A stretch of DNA of 63,496 nucleotides, filler included, from Klebsormidium nitens (Eukaryota > Plantae > Klebsormidiophyceae), in the NCBI GenBank assembly GCA_000708835.1. It is 4 parts of 4 records of this genome, joined end to end, with 100 filler letters (N's around TTAATTAATTAA, not from the genome) between each part and the next. Parts side by side here need not be neighbours in the genome. Positions count along the whole stretch, not along the records: positions 30,049 to 46,184 come from DF237994.1; 3 more parts are not named here. One strand, given 5' to 3'. The translations under genes were made by a program, and so were the position numbers. Numbering within the stretch: the first letter of the stretch is position 1; each line of letters opens with the position of its first letter. Below are positions 32,034 through 45,662 of this stretch, one piece after another. A model generated the notes under the pieces. That model saw only the letters and a list, made by a program, of their open reading frames with translations. It made no database searches and had not been told where the DNA came from.

Positions 32034-32873
32034 GCTGATAGAAGATGCATTCGCATAGACAGAACGGATGTCTTTTGATAATACAAGCTGATTCGTCGGA
32101 GATCCTCACAAGCTAGCTCTTGTGGCGCGGGCCCTACTACGTCTAGATAAGGGCCGGCGGCCACACCATGAAATAAACCTCTGCAATTGACCATCGCACC
32201 GCGTCAAAGGCTCGACATACATGACACGGATACATTAAGTCAAGTTTAATTGGTGACTCTAATCAACTGGGTCCATTCGTAACATGAACATGGACTCATT
32301 GTCATATGCGCAAAGCTTAAATACTCTTGCTTAATGAAATGGCACGTATGACCGATTGCCACATCAAACTAGTGCATCTGGGATTCCAGCAGCTGCTGGT
32401 AGCGCGCATGCAGATCATTTATATAGTACGTACAAGCTAGTGATGTTCCATTCAGTTGTAGTGAGTGTATGGCTTTCATCATGTGTATGAATGAGCAGAG
32501 CCATGCATGATGATATCTAGGTCAATAAACTGAGATCCATCTTCGATTTCTAACGGTTGAAGTGGAAGGCTGGTCATGGCAGGCCGGATGCAATGCGTTT
32601 CATGGTAATTGCGCTCTCGATTTTGTAACTTGGGGAACAATGATCATTCAAGTCTATAATAAAAAAAGAGCGTGCGTCTTTAGGCAAACTCTATGTGACT
32701 GCTTTGACCTGAATCCGGAGGAGGAGGAAACCCTTTTGACGTGTTACTATGCCTGGATATAGTACATGATCTTTTATCCACTCTACACTGAACCCATGGT
32801 TGTCCATGTCCGATTTTGCCTACCATCTTGCAAAGTCATTACACTCTGAAACTTGCGATCTATGCCTCATTCC

Positions 32874-33797
32874 TTACCGCACCTTCATGTCATCGTCGTG
32901 CCTCCCGCTCATTGACTTCAAAAGATCCACGGCAATGGTGACCTGCGATGCTAAGCCGCCTAACTCGCTCTTAACCTCACTAAGTTCCTTCTTGATGTCC
33001 GCAAACTCTTTGTCAATGGAGTCAATTCTTGGCTTGAGCCACTCGTCCATGTTTTTTTGGGACACTGCAGTAAGAGCCGGGTTTAGATGCTGCTCAACGT
33101 CTTCTCCACGGGAATCGCACAGAAAATTGCCTGTCGGATTCAGATTGCCCTCGAGGTTCAAGCAGATGTTGCGCATGCAAGAGCTTGTGATGTCAGCCCA
33201 AGAAGGAAATCCTTCTTTCAAAGGAGCATTTCCATCCGTATTCCTGCGCCAACAGTGCTTGGGAATTCTTTCCTGCTTACATGGTTGCCGAACATACTTC
33301 CAACCAGCCACTCGGAGGCATCAGGTCTTACATTAGGTCTCACCTGCACTCACACCCTCGTCCTTCATTAGCTCCAGGGCGAAAGACCTGAGTCGATCCT
33401 TGATCACGTCCTGCGAAAGCGCCCGCGCCATGACGGTGGCGAGCTCCACCTGCCCCTCATCACGACGCGACATCTGGTTGAGTACCTCGAGGATCCGCTC
33501 TTGGCACTTTCGCTCGCCCCGCTCTTGGAGCAGTCCCACAGTATTCGTTCCAGTCAAGAACTGTACCCCGACCGTTAGGATTGGTCCTATGATGCTGAAC
33601 GCCACGCCCCATTTAATGCTTGCAATCAGGTCCTGAAGCACCTGGAAGAAACAGGATGAAAACACGGTTACGTCTCGAGATTGTTGGATCAAACAGGCAA
33701 AAGACCACTCCGTGTTAGACACCCGCAGGAAAGGCAGGATGCAACAAGCAAGAAGGATCCACTTGTCAAAACAAGAAGGGTCGGCCCTCACCACCAC
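32874..33797 (-). CDS. Hypothetical spliced gene with a hydrophobic segment and coiled coil
   Basis: Two ORFs with GTGAGT/GTGCGG donors; GVAFSIIGPILTVGVQFL segment and IDSIDKEFADIKKELSEVK heptads. Confidence 0.4.
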
Positions 33798-36700
33798 AGC
33801 ATGTGATCCATGTCAAGAGCGTTGCAAACAATTTGATAGCGGCCTCCGGCGAAAGTCTGGTTGGCCGTTCTGAAAAGCGCCTCGACTTGCAGCGAACCCC
33901 GAGGCAAATCAACTCGCTCACCTGCGTATCAAGGTCCCCCGGACTGGTCGCTGCAAAGGCAGGCTCCGGCCAAGACAGCGCCGCCAACCCGAGGCCCACC
34001 ATCAACCTGCAGACAACAGCCGGGTCTTAATATTTGGGAAGAACTGCAACATTGGCCTAGGTCTTGATATTTCGCTTTTCCAACAGCCTTCTTTTGTCTG
34101 CTCTATCTAGAACAAAAGAGGATCGGGCCTCGCTCTGTGTGAAGACGAGACTGCATGCACGTGAGGGGTTATGAACTGCTCGGACATTGGCGCCACCAGG
34201 GGTGGATGCTTGCGACAAACCAAGGACAAGGTAATGTACTGGGTGCACTCGCCTGCATCAAGGAATGCAGGCGACTGCCTAGACACAACGGATACAGGGA
34301 GCGAGGGGTAGTCCTCTGGTGGCGGTCGCTTCCTCTCGGTTCAAGGAATGGAGGGGCCTTCAAAGCTTTGGGGTACCAAAATGCCTGCACGGCTCAGAAA
34401 AGAAGGCGCCGGGCTTTCTCTGCAGCGCTCCATTAAAAAGCAACTGAAGAACTGCAACCCCCCCGCTGAAGGCGGCCGGACAGTTCGGGAAGCCAATGCA
34501 TCGCCAAGACTGCCCCAGAGGCAGGCAAAGATGGCTAGGCGGGCAGCCGAGATCGCAATCGCAACTGGCAGAAGGAAGCGAGCCTACTGGGCCGTCAGGA
34601 ATAAGGAACCATTGAAGATTGCTGCTTGAGCCAAGCTTTGAGATCTTTGCTTTGCGCCTCGAGCTTGTGTTGATGAACGCTGGAACCCGGATCAAAAGTG
34701 CGCGAAGTTGGTGACCACGTGTCTAAGCAGACAATGCGCAGTTGGAAGTCGAATTTGATGGGCGGCAATCCTTTCAATCGGGAATTGCCAGAGTTCATTG
34801 AGTGCACTGTCTGAAACATACGGAAATCCTATGGGTCTGTGCACCCTGTTCCGAAACTGAGTCCCTTGTTCTATAGGGACATCTGTACAATGCTCTCTGT
34901 ATAGTCATTACGACCTGATTCTTCTGTTTCTTTTGCATCAGCTGACCCAAACACAGTGCTCGCCATAAGTTCGAAACTCGAGCAGCTCTCTTTCCGCTGC
35001 GAAGGCTGGTAAGAGGTATTCAACCATCTAGTAGAGGTCCATTAGCTGACGGATAAGATTTCAGTGTTCAAGCCACCACAAGCTTCAGTGCAATTATCGT
35101 TTTATTGATTGAAGATTGAAAGGTGAGGTGTGAACCCCCACCTTCACAAGATCGGAGTTTTTAAATGACCCCCCACCCTCTTGACCACTCAGTAAGGTTT
35201 AGTGCGGCAACTTGGAAAGGGGAGGTGCTGTTGACCAGAGAGAGGTGAGCCTTTCCCGTCCATCGACATTTCCAGGAGATCTGAGCTGGCCACTTATGAA
35301 GCGTAGAATCAGATTCACAAAGAACGCTCTCACCACTTCAAAGGGTCCTCCACGGCGCCCATCTTGAGCAGCACCGCAGCGTAGTCCTCCTCCTGAACAT
35401 GCGGGAACAAGTCAAACACAGGCCACACTCAACCGGCAACCTTGGACAACGCAAACGTCATTCATCCCCTTGAATGCGTCCATGGGCTGGATCGAGCAAG
35501 GTCCATGTGCACTGTGAGTGCACAAAAGCAATCAAAAAGTAGATGCCTTAAGAAGCCCGATCATGTGATCCTTTTCTTCCGTCAATCCATTGCCAGGGCT
35601 TGAAGACCAGTGTCCAACACCAAAGCAGGCCACACGCTGGGTCATGTCACACAATATAAAAGCTTGAGACTCTTTGCGCACGACTCCTTGCTTTCTCAAT
35701 CACTGCTGGAGCATCCACCTTGGGGTCTGCAGAAAGAGTGCAGGACAGCATCTTGCAAAGGTGGATGCTGTCGTTGCTGCAAGGTGTGGGTAATGAATAA
35801 TGACACCGAAAGTGTCCATCAGTTCCTTGGTACCTACCTCGACTTCCTTCCGGTGCTTCCCTTCTGCCTCATCCGTCCTCGGGGCGTCAAATCCGCAGCT
35901 GATGTGTCCGATAGCCGGCTGCCTCCCCTGCCTCACCGATGGAATGCCGCGGCCGCGACTGACGCCAAAGGCCTGCAAGTGACATAGGCGCGTTTAAAAG
36001 GGGGGGACCTCTGCAATCGCAGCGTATGCCTGTGCAGTTCCCAGACATCTGCGTCTGCTTTTGGAAAAGAAAGTGCACTGTGCCAGAAGAGACACGCAAG
36101 GCCCGTTGGTTTCCAAATGCTTGCAGGATGAAGGATGAGATTGCAATGCAAATGTTGCTGCCGGTACTGTTGCTTACAGCCATGCTCATAACGGCGTTGC
36201 ATTGAAGCTGCTGCATTTACTAAAAAGGACCGCAACCCCTAATTCCAAAAACGGTCCACACCTGGCAGTTTTTCAAGAAGCTGACTTATTGCTCATTGTT
36301 GCCCCTGTAATGAAAAGCAATCCTGGCTGAAGCCAGCTTGTGGCACTTCACAAGTCCTCAATATGTTTGCTTCATCGCCTCGCTTAGACATGCCCCCAAT
36401 TCAAACGGGGCAAAAGATTCTCAGACAGATCAACATTGTTCGCAATCGTTTTCAATCTGCAGACAGCAGATGCAGCCTGGATTATGAAATCTGTCACAGA
36501 TCTAGGTTTTCTCCATGGACCAGAAAAGTGGCAGCCTGCTTGGAAAAAAAGTGAAACGATTCCTTCAACGAATCGGCTCTGCTTAGAAAGGGAAGCCCAG
36601 AACTTGGCAAGAGTAAGACATTTTAGACGCTTTGTTCAGAGACGCACCTTCTGTCCCTGGAATGTCAAAATTTGTGGCACCAGATGATCCCGGTGTGAAG

Positions 36701-39387
36701 TCACTCGCCCCCAGTTGCGACTCCCTTCAGCGCCCCTGACAGGAGTAGCGACCGGGTTGCTGCTGCCGCCATTCCCGCTAATCCTACCAGGCCCAGAAGC
36801 TAATTTGCGTTCAAACGAGACACCGAAGAGCGAGAGCCGAACCAACACCCCTCAACAGCTTCTAGTTTCAGGTGTTTGCAGAGACAGAAGAGGGGTGCAA
36901 CTAACCAACTGATCGTTGGCATTCAATCGGTAAACCGCTTTTCGGGTGAAACGGGTTTGTGGAAGAAATCTTGGGTTTTTGGCATGCCATTTTCTGTGCT
37001 GTCCAGTGTGCGCCAGTGTGCGCGCGAGCGTACGCGTATTATTCAAAATGGCGACAGCCTCCGGAATGGTGTCGTGCAATGCCGCAGTACGACGTCGCAA
37101 AAAGAGTGGCGACCACCTCCCAGGGACCCTCGCTTGTTCGTCCGCCTTGTTACCCTTAAAAATCCGTCAGATCTTTTATGCGAGAAGAGTCCGGTCGACC
37201 GCTTTCCCAGGAGGTTCGATGGGCCACAGCAAAGATGGTGTATGACTCGGGAAGGGTATCCGACTAGCTACTCATACCTGGCACTTGAAAAGTTGTACAG
37301 TCGATTCACGACTGTTTGTCGTTTTATGCCATTATTGTAGGTCGGCCGACGGTCGCAGGCCCTCCGATGGAGACCCGCATGTGTGCTTGAAAGTCGCAGG
37401 CCGTAGATGACATTTCCAGCCTGTTCCAGGGGGTACAACCGTCGCCTCGGAACCCTCCTGCCAAACATGTGTCAAGTCGGAAACCCGGATCATCAGGGTT
37501 TGAATTTGCACATCGATATCCGACGGTCTGATCGAACGTGACCAGCCGCGCTCGGCGCAAAAATGAGATGATGGCATGCCGAGTGCAGCACAGTGTGCTG
37601 CCAATCTAGTTTTACGCGGTTTTGACCGCGATCGATCGGCTTTCTGACATTCCAACCGTGTACACGTCTGCATATCGAAGTTCTGTTTAATGTCTCTCTT
37701 TCTCTCTTAGATCGGATGCAACGAGAAGACGACCACGTTAGAGGAAGCCTAGGCTTGAGGGCTGGTTGAAAGCTTACAATCTAGTCGTTGCAATTACAAC
37801 CCAGCTTAGCGCGCTCGCTACGGTAGCTTGCTTACGAGACGCCGGTAGTTGAGGAAGACATAGTGATAACCCCCGGCACACACATTCATATTATGTATGC
37901 AATGAGAAGCCTATGGCCCAGGTGGCTACGGCGAGTAGAAGAGAACATCATGCCACCGGACTGACTCTCGATTGCTTCATTGCGAACCCTAACCCTAAGC
38001 CTGAGACGTTTCAAGAGGAGGCTCGGCCCCTTCGGAATCGCTCAACCGCCCGAGCTGAGGCACTTTGGAATCGTTCAACCGCCTCAGTGAGCTGCCAGGT
38101 GGAGCTCGCTCAAGTGGTTTGCGTCAAATTTTTCCATTAAGAGAGAGCGGATCACCGGCAATCTGAATTCGCTCAACCGCCTAAGCTGCCAGCTGGAGCT
38201 TGCTCAGACGTCTGAGTCAGGTTTCTCTTTAGAGAGAAGAGCTCGGCTCCGGAAACGGCACTGTTGGAATCGATAACTGCAACAACCACCACAGTCTCAG
38301 CTGATGTCTGGGCTGAGCTTACTGTTGATGTCCAGCTTGTCCGCCTCGAATCGCAAACTTTTTGGCCAGCCAAAATGCTTGCTCAGGGGATCTATAAAAA
38401 GGGGAGCTGCCCCCTCCATTCAAACAATTCCCCAACACTTTCTTCCTTAGCTTCTCCTCAACCTTCCTGCAAGCATCCTCTTCCCTCTTTCCCCTCTCCC
38501 AACACCAGCTGCCACTGTCTCATCAGGACAGCTGCCGATTGAAGTGACGTGCCAGCAGGGCACAACGCAAAGCTGCGCAGCGCCGGCAGATCATCTTGAG
38601 CTGGCTGCCTCTCCATCAAGCTGCTGGCACAGCGCATATCTCTCCAGCTGAGCAGAACCGGCAGATGCTTAAGTTGATTGCCTGTTCGTGGCCTATTCTC
38701 CATCAAGGGTTTAGAACGCAGAAGTTGCGCAGAGGGCCAAAAAGCTCATACAAGGTGAGCGGGGCGCTTTTTCGAGGGTGCAGATCCAGATGGCTGATCG
38801 TTGGAAGAATACTTAGACTCAGCTTCAACCAGACCAGGTCCAGTGGACAGGCATCTATCTCTAATGCTCAGCAGATGCGCGGCAGATCCGCCAGCAAACT
38901 GGCTCGTTATCAAGAGTTTCTTGTTAAGGACAGCTAGAAACGCTGTGAGCGCTGCGCTCAATAGAAGGGGCAGACTTTGGCATCTCGTGGGAACCTCCAA
39001 GCTTGTTGAGAAAACACGTTTGCACCTTCTGAAAGCTACTATCCTTCACCTTTGTGAACAGATGTTGTCTGGACCGGAACCCAGTTCCAGTGAAGGAGAG
39101 GGCGACAAAAGATCCTCAGTCGGCAGCGACCAGGAAGAGTCGCCGTGTCACTTCCTCCAAGACGAGGCTGACAGCATGATGCATCTGAGCCAAGAGGTCG
39201 GCAACATGTCGCTATCGCCCGGCCCCTTTCGACGCCACGCCAAACGCCTGAAAGTCGACTTCCTTTCCGAAGGTCTGGAAGACAAGTCAAGTCCAGCAAT
39301 CTCGTCCTCAGATGCGCTGGTGCCCGCACTACCTCTCCTTTCAGATGTGGTGAGACGTTTGAGCTGAACACGGTTTTCAAGAGTGTC

Positions 39388-39760
39388 TTGTGTCCCAGAT
39401 GTCCAACCAAAATCATGACTTTCCAGAGGCTCACAAGGGACCATGTCCGAGCCCTCTGTCCGACCAGGAACGTGACTATCTCAAAGGCTCCAAAACAACC
39501 ATGTCTGAGATGTCCAACCAAAATCAAGACTTTTTCAGAGGCTCCCAAATGGCCATGTCCGAGATGTCCGACCAAAATCAAGACTTTTCAGAAGCTCCCA
39601 AACGGCCTTGTCCGAGATGTCCAACCAAAATCAAGACTTTTTCAGAAGCTCCCAAACGGCCTTGTCCGAGATGTCCGATCAAAATCAAGACTTTTTCAGA
39701 AGCTCCCAAATGGCCATGTCCGAGATGTCCGACATGAATCAAGACTTTCTCAACGCTTCC
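39388..39760 (+). repeat. 53-54-bp tandem repeat x~7 (intronic)
   Basis: Unit tgtccgagatgtcc(a/g)accaaaatcaagactttttcagaagctcccaaa(c/t)ggcc; starts near 39390, 39443, 39502, 39556, 39609, 39663 and 39717. Confidence 0.95.
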
Positions 39761-40149
39761 CAACGACAGCAGAATAGAAGATTCACCTCTTTTCGCTCTG
39801 AGTGTCTAGTTGGAATGAACACAAGTTTTAGAGGCGCGCTTTATGCAAGCCAGTAACTGAAGCCGATTCCTTCTTGTATGCAGCCTCACATGGCCCTGCA
39901 TGCCCAATCGACTGATGGAGCTCAGACGGATTCTACTCCTTCACTGGCAACTTCAAAACCTCCCGTAAGTGGAAGAACCCTCCCTTTGTAAGCACACTTG
40001 CACTCATTTGACTGCTAGTGGTAGATTGAGCAGCTTGTTTTGGTGATGGCAGTCAGTGGGTGTGATCAGGCCTGGGTTACAGATGTTTAAAAAGACACCG
40101 GTCGCAGATGCTGCCACCCTGATCGAGATCGCCTTCCTCTCAGAACAGG

Positions 40150-41330
40150 GCCATGTCCGAGATGTACGACCAAAAATCAAGATTTTTTTAGAAGCTCCCA
40201 AACAGCCATGTCCGAGATGTCCAAGCTTTTTGTGCGGTCTTTTGAGAACCATTATGATGACGTCAGCACCGCGGCAGATCTGTGTCCTACTTTTTTTGCA
40301 AACTTGGGAAAACATTCTCCTTCTGCAATATGCTGATATCGTCTCGTGTGCCCTTTCTTCCTCGCAGGATACCGCACCCTGTTTGGACCCCATCCTCGCC
40401 GCCGCACATCATTTCCACTCGTTGGGAGTCGTGACCATCACCTTCGACCTTGAGGAGGAGCGCAATAAGAAGAGCGAAGTCAGGAAGGCCGCAAAGGATA
40501 TGGGGTACTGGAAGCGGGCCAACCACGACAATTGCCTGAGCGAGAAGTTTGCCAGGCCTGGGCGGAACTCCATCGCCATCATCACGGAGGAGTCCGACCT
40601 ATTTGCAGTCGACGTCGACGTGAAGGATGGGGGCTTTGAGGCGCTACAGCAGATGCTCGAGGAGCACGACAACTTCCCAGAGGACACGCCCCGCCTGACG
40701 ACGGGGAACAAGGGCATGCACGTCCTCTTCTCCCTGTCCAAGTCCGAGGAGGCCGGTCTGCGGAACGGCAGCAATCGGACCCGGATCCGGTACAAGGGAG
40801 AAAAGGTGGGCATCGACATTCGCGGCAGAGGGGGGATGCTGTACACGGCACCCAGCAGCTACCAGGGGCTTGACGGCGAGCTCCGGCGCTACGAGTGGGA
40901 TCACGAGATCCTCCCCGACCGCTCTAATCTCATGGCAATTCCGGATTGGCTGATTGCCATCCTGAATGAGGACCAATCGGGTGCGGGGAGCACTATCAAT
41001 GGGGGCGGTTCAAGAACCGGCTACGTCTGGGGCATTTGATGCCAAGCAGCCTAGCTGATCCTGATCATCCACAGCCCGAAGTTCGAGCAGCACCGGGGCG
41101 ATTAAGGGCTCTATCTGGGCCAACATCAGATCAGGCCGGTTTGATCTATGCTTGCAGTCGGGATGCAATGTTCAATTCCAATTGCAGGGGATTAAGCGCA
41201 ACCGAAGCTGTGCCATGAAAACTTTGGAATCGCATTTTTGATAGCTTCAAGCATGATTGGAGCAGCTAACTTCCAAGATCGAACCTTGTGGTCATGTCCG
41301 AGAAGTCCGATCAAAATCGAGACTTTTTAC
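40150..41330 (+). repeat. Dispersed copies of the 54-bp family (40150-40225 and 41291-41330), both intronic
   Basis: ccatgtccgagatgt(a/c)c...caaaa(a)tcaaga and catgtccgagaagtccgatcaaaatcgagac. Confidence 0.85.
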
Positions 41331-41904
41331 TCAAGTCTTGATGGTCTTGCAGGACCGCCGCAGCAACAAGCCAAAGGCGGGCATCCCTCGAGCTGCCTGC
41401 CCCCGTCGTGGGAGTTTTTTGATAAAGAGCCCGACATCGCCGTGCTGGAGCGCATCAAAAGCTGTTTTGCAGAATGCGGCGACAGTGGTTCGCGCTTCGA
41501 CAAGCGAAAGGGCAACCTGTACGTCTTCCGGGTTCAAGGAGAGCGGACATGCCCCTACGGTCATCACCACCAGGGTTCCAACAATCTTTCAATCCTGGTG
41601 AAGGGCAGCAGTTTCTATTACCACTGCAACTCGTCCGAGTGCCAGTCCATCATGCCACGGAAGCAGATCGGCGACTTGAGTGGTGTCGAGGAAGAAGCAC
41701 GTGGCTCTGTGCGACCAGTGGATGTTGATGGAGATGAAGCCGTGCTCGGGTGTGTTACGAAGGAATTCGTGGACTACTGGGCGCTGCAGGGGGACAGGGG
41801 TGGGAGCCGGATAAGTTTTTGCAAATGTATTCGGTCTGCAAGAGGTAAGCACAGATTCATGCCATAGTCTGGATAGGACACAGCCCTTTGGGTGCTTTTG
41901 AGAA

Positions 41905-42105
41905 AGTCGTGATTCAGGTTGGACATCTCGGACATGGCCGAAGTCAGGACCTTTCAGAAAGTCTGTTTTTAGGGCGGACATCTCGGACATGGCCGAAGTC
42001 AAGACCTTTCAGAAAGTCTGTTTTCAGGGCGGACATCTCGGACATGGCCGAAGTCAGGACCTTTCAGAAAGTCGTGATACAGGTCGGACATCTCGGACAT
42101 GACCG
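41905..42105 (-). repeat. 55-bp tandem repeat x4, inverted relative to the 39.4-kb array, in intron 41845-42156
   Basis: ggacatctcggacat at 41921, 41976, 42031 and 42086. Confidence 0.95.
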
Positions 42106-44184
42106 TTCAAAGTCTGTAAAAACGCCACTGGATTGAAGCTATTGTTCACGCCCCAGGATTGTGTACACTTCGGCGGGCTTCTACATGTGGACCGGGAAGG
42201 TGTACGAGCGGGCTCATGACGTTCAAGTGCTGTACATCCTCATGCACCAGCTGAGCACGATCATCGACCGTGTCAGGCGCGAGCTGCGAGAGGAAGAGAG
42301 GAAAATCCCCAAAGATGACAAGGCCAAGCTAGAGATAGTCGAGGCGAAGCTCAAGCTGCTTCGTGACTACAATAACAGGCGTACCACGGAGGACACGTTG
42401 AAGGTTGTGAAAGGAAAGTTGTTCTCGAACACGTTTCTTAACGAGCTCGACCGCAATCCTGACATCCTCAACGTGAGCAACGGAGTGATCGACTTGCGCA
42501 CTGGCAAGCTCGACATCCACCGCCCACGATACATGTGCACGAAGCTTGCAGAAACGATCTATAGCGTAAGTTTTCACTGCTCAATCTGTTGCTTTCCGTG
42601 TCAAAGATTGTTTCTCAGGCAGCCTTCCATTGAACGCAGTGAGATCCGCTCGCAACTCTGAACATAAGGTCGGCATTCGGCTGTTGATTCGTCGCTTTAA
42701 GTTGCGAAGTAGCTTTCATCACATCGTCGAGCTCATGATGCTACACTTGTGATTCTGGTGTAGGGGCTCGAGCTTCCCTCCCCTCGGATCGAAGACTTCT
42801 TCAACGATGTGTTCAAAGGAGAGGAGGAGGTCATCCGGACCCTCCAGATTGTGCTCGGCTACGGCATGACGGGGTCGAAGGCTTGCGAGATCATGGTCTT
42901 CTGGATCGGATTGGGCGGTAAGTCCTGCATCTGGTAATGGACACGAAGAGCTTTTTGATATCTTTCGAGGACAATTCTAAACGGTCCGAACAACTCGAAC
43001 ACGGCCCTAATCTTTTGAAAAATCATGAGCCTGGCCCCTGTGCAAAATCACTGATTGGTTCTAATTGCTAGTCTAGTTGCTTTTGAATCGAAATCTGATA
43101 TCTTGATCATTTTGTGCAGGGAATGGGAAGGGCGTGACCAAGGAGATGTTGGAGAAAGCTTTGGGACCCTACTGCGGGGTCATGTCCACGGACGTGGTGG
43201 TGAGAACGGCGGGGCAGAGACCGGCGTCCAAAGGCGCTCCCACTCCCCATGTATGCATGCCTTGAAAGGGCTTCGCTTCAGCATCACAGATGAGAACAAT
43301 GAGGAGGCAGATGTCGGGCTCGATTACAGGAACCACGGGGGGAGGAAATGTCTCTGCGAACGCACCATACGGCCAGACGGAGACATTTCCGCTCATGAAT
43401 CTCCCAATCCTGCTGACCAACCACCCCTCCAAACTCCGGGACGTCACCGAACCGGCTATGCTCCGTCGGTTGCTTATCTTCGACTTCCCCAACGTCTACG
43501 TGAGCCGGACCAGATTTGACCCGACCAACCCTCGGCACCAGTCTGTGGACGAAGGTTTGAAGGCGAGGATGCAGAAAAACGAGACGCTCGAGCAGTTTCT
43601 GTCATGGCTGGTTCGAGGGGCGGTGAAGTTCTATGCGCAAGGGGAGTCGATTGGAGCTGTCCCGCCCTCTGTCCAGGCAAACTTGGATACGTATCTCGCA
43701 CTGAACGACAAGCTGCAGCAGTTCATCGACGAGCACTGTACAATAGATCCACAGCTTAGGGGAAACGCGGCGGCGTTTCTCAAGGATTACAAAGCAGCGT
43801 CGGGCGAGCTTACAATCAGCGTCGAAAGCTTGGCTGCTAGAATGAACAAGAAGGGCTTTGTAAAGAAAAAACTCGAAACCCAGAACCACTTAGGTAAAAG
43901 GCCACATGTGTTTGTAGGCATTGAAAGCAGTTACGAACCAAGTTAGTCGTGCATTGATGGACACGAGACCTCTTCCTTCGACGTTGTTATGAATATGCAA
44001 ACGTGCATGCCGACCATAAGAAGTCCGTGTCCAACGGTCTGAAAAGTCTGTCTTCATTGCCCGAGTTGTCTATGAAAGCAAAGTATTGTATGCAATGGTT
44101 TGCATTGATAGACAACAGATTGGGATCGGACGGAATGATCATTCACGAGCTTATTCGATTTTGATCGTAGAAGCCTGAGCTTTG

Positions 44185-44598
44185 CTAAGGGTTCGAAGCT
44201 TTTGTCTCAACGGCTGCCGTTGAATTTGAGGTGGGGGTGAGAATCCTATTCTTAGAATCAAACTCGATGCCAGCTTCCTTCAACTTCGAGATCGTCTTGG
44301 GATGAGGTTGCCTAGTCCTTCCGCTCCTCAGCCGCTTGGCAGCATCTTGTAGCAAGATAGCTTGCTTATGTCTCTGATACCAGACAGACCTGTTCTTGAG
44401 TACGTTCTCTCTATCACGCTTATAGCGGGTTTGCCTCTTCATTTGAATCAATTCAATGCACAAAGGCACGCCCTCGGAGGATAGAGGAATCTTCGAGTCG
44501 TTTGGAAACAGTGCATTTTGAACGATACGATGCTTATTACCACAAAGTGTGCAAGGTACAAGACGCGTGATAGTTATCTCAGTGCTGCTGGTCGCCAT
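44185..44598 (-). CDS. Small basic helical protein, paralog of 13416-13745
   Basis: CTLC near the N-terminus; WYQRHKQAILL...KTISKLKEAGIEF. Confidence 0.65.
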   Translation of the reverse strand: MATSSTEITITRLVPCTLCGNKHRIVQNALFPNDSKIPLSSEGVPLCIELIQMKRQTRYKRDRENVLKNRSVWYQRHKQAILLQDAAKRLRSGRTRQPHPKTISKLKEAGIEFDSKNRILTPTSNSTAAVETKASNP

Positions 44599-45068
44599 CT
44601 TGTCGTAAATGTTCAGTTATCTCTTCATTGAATAATTTTTCCAACGGGCAACGCGATTTCAATCGTCTTCGGCGTCCTTGCAGACCTTGAGTATCCCCAT
44701 AGCAATTGACAATAGAAGCTCACCCTCCTTCACGGAATACCCTGCACAATCTCCGTAAGAAACACCTGCTTCGATTATGGCCTTGACGTCGTCGTCACAC
44801 ACGACGAGGGCTTCGTTAGAGAGTTGGCGAAGCAAAAGCAGAACGCCTTGTCGAAGCAAAGCCATGTTCCAGTGGACTTCTGAAGCCACGATCCACAAGC
44901 CTTTCATAGTGAAGGGGCCCAAAGCTCTCAATCTCGTCGATGAACGGAAGCAAGAGCTCTATAGCACCCTCGTGGCTGCTTTGGCACGTAGTACGAATAC
45001 CCACTCTCCACCATTCTTTTTTGTATCACTGGAGGAAAAAAAAAATTGGCATGTTCGGCCTTCGTCTC

Positions 45069-45662
45069 TCAATCCTCGTCGCTTTCAACTGCAACACATT
45101 TAAGCGTAATTCCCTTGCTCTGAGCTTTTCCCGCGGCTTTTGAGTTGCCCGTGGTAGCCGATCGCTTTGCCTTGCCTTTATTAGCAGTTGATCTTGGACG
45201 GCCCTTTGAATTCTGCTTCGTAGCTTTGCTCACAGCTTTGCATTTCTTGGTGCTCCGTTGCTTCTTCTCTGGCTTCGACTCTGCTGAGGCGTGCATCTCA
45301 AGAAGCTTTTCGACCGGTATCTTGGTAGCTGATGTAGAGAAGCTTCCCTGAAAGGGGAGGCCGACAGGTCTGTCACACTTTTTTACTGGAGAGATCTTCA
45401 CTTGATATCCGAAATCCTTCTTTAAAGAGCCTCTTGTCTTTTCTCTCAGCAGTACATAGACACTGCAGAGTGCTTTAGCTGCACCGTCAGATTTTAGCGC
45501 CCTAAATAGCTGGCTACCCGCGCGCGCACCTGCCTGCGATACACGGCCTTCCTCAGCGTCGATTTCCAGCCGAGTGTCTTCAAGGAGGCTGGAAGCATCT
45601 GATTGCTTATGGTCGAGCGCAAGGATCACCTTAAAGCTACGTTTTGAGCATGCACTATCCAT
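45069..45662 (-). CDS. MC1-like DNA-bending protein with Lys-rich tail, paralog of 11256-11750
   Basis: KRSFKV...GRVSQAGARAGSQLFRALK...LLREKTRGSLKKDFGYQV...LPFQGSFSTSA; basic C-terminal tail. Confidence 0.62.
   Translation of the reverse strand: MDSACSKRSFKVILALDHKQSDASSLLEDTRLEIDAEEGRVSQAGARAGSQLFRALKSDGAAKALCSVYVLLREKTRGSLKKDFGYQVKISPVKKCDRPVGLPFQGSFSTSATKIPVEKLLEMHASAESKPEKKQRSTKKCKAVSKATKQNSKGRPRSTANKGKAKRSATTGNSKAAGKAQSKGITLKCVAVESDED

Larger units (their letters stand above)
39062..43946 (+). pseudogene. Spliced Prim-Pol + D5-like primase-helicase, paralog of 13752-16832, with at least 3 frameshifts
   Basis: Exons 39062-39349, 40368-40980, 41353-41844, 42157-42565, 42764-42917 and 43120-43946 have GT-AG junctions in compatible phase. 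Motifs LFAVDVD, TGNKGMHVLF, IDIRGRGG, NPDILNVSNGVIDL, GLGGNGKG (split by an intron), ITDE, TNH and RRL. Frameshifts near 41818, 43255 and 43320. Confidence 0.85.

Noticed and set aside
37985-38000. Telomere-like (CCCTAA)2
   Set aside because: Only two units; expected by chance.
33800-38900. Scattered short ORFs and exon-like pieces
   Set aside because: No recognisable domains or consistent splice chain; left unannotated.
39388-39760. CRISPR- or TIGR-like array, or a repeat protein (ORFs 39388-39856)
   Set aside because: The units are homogeneous without variable spacers, no effector gene is nearby, and the ORFs are by-products of an intronic minisatellite.
44659-45004. AAA ATPase fragment (FIDEIE, Walker B-like)
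   Set aside because: No Walker A is present, the sequence is split over two frames, and it is too short to call.
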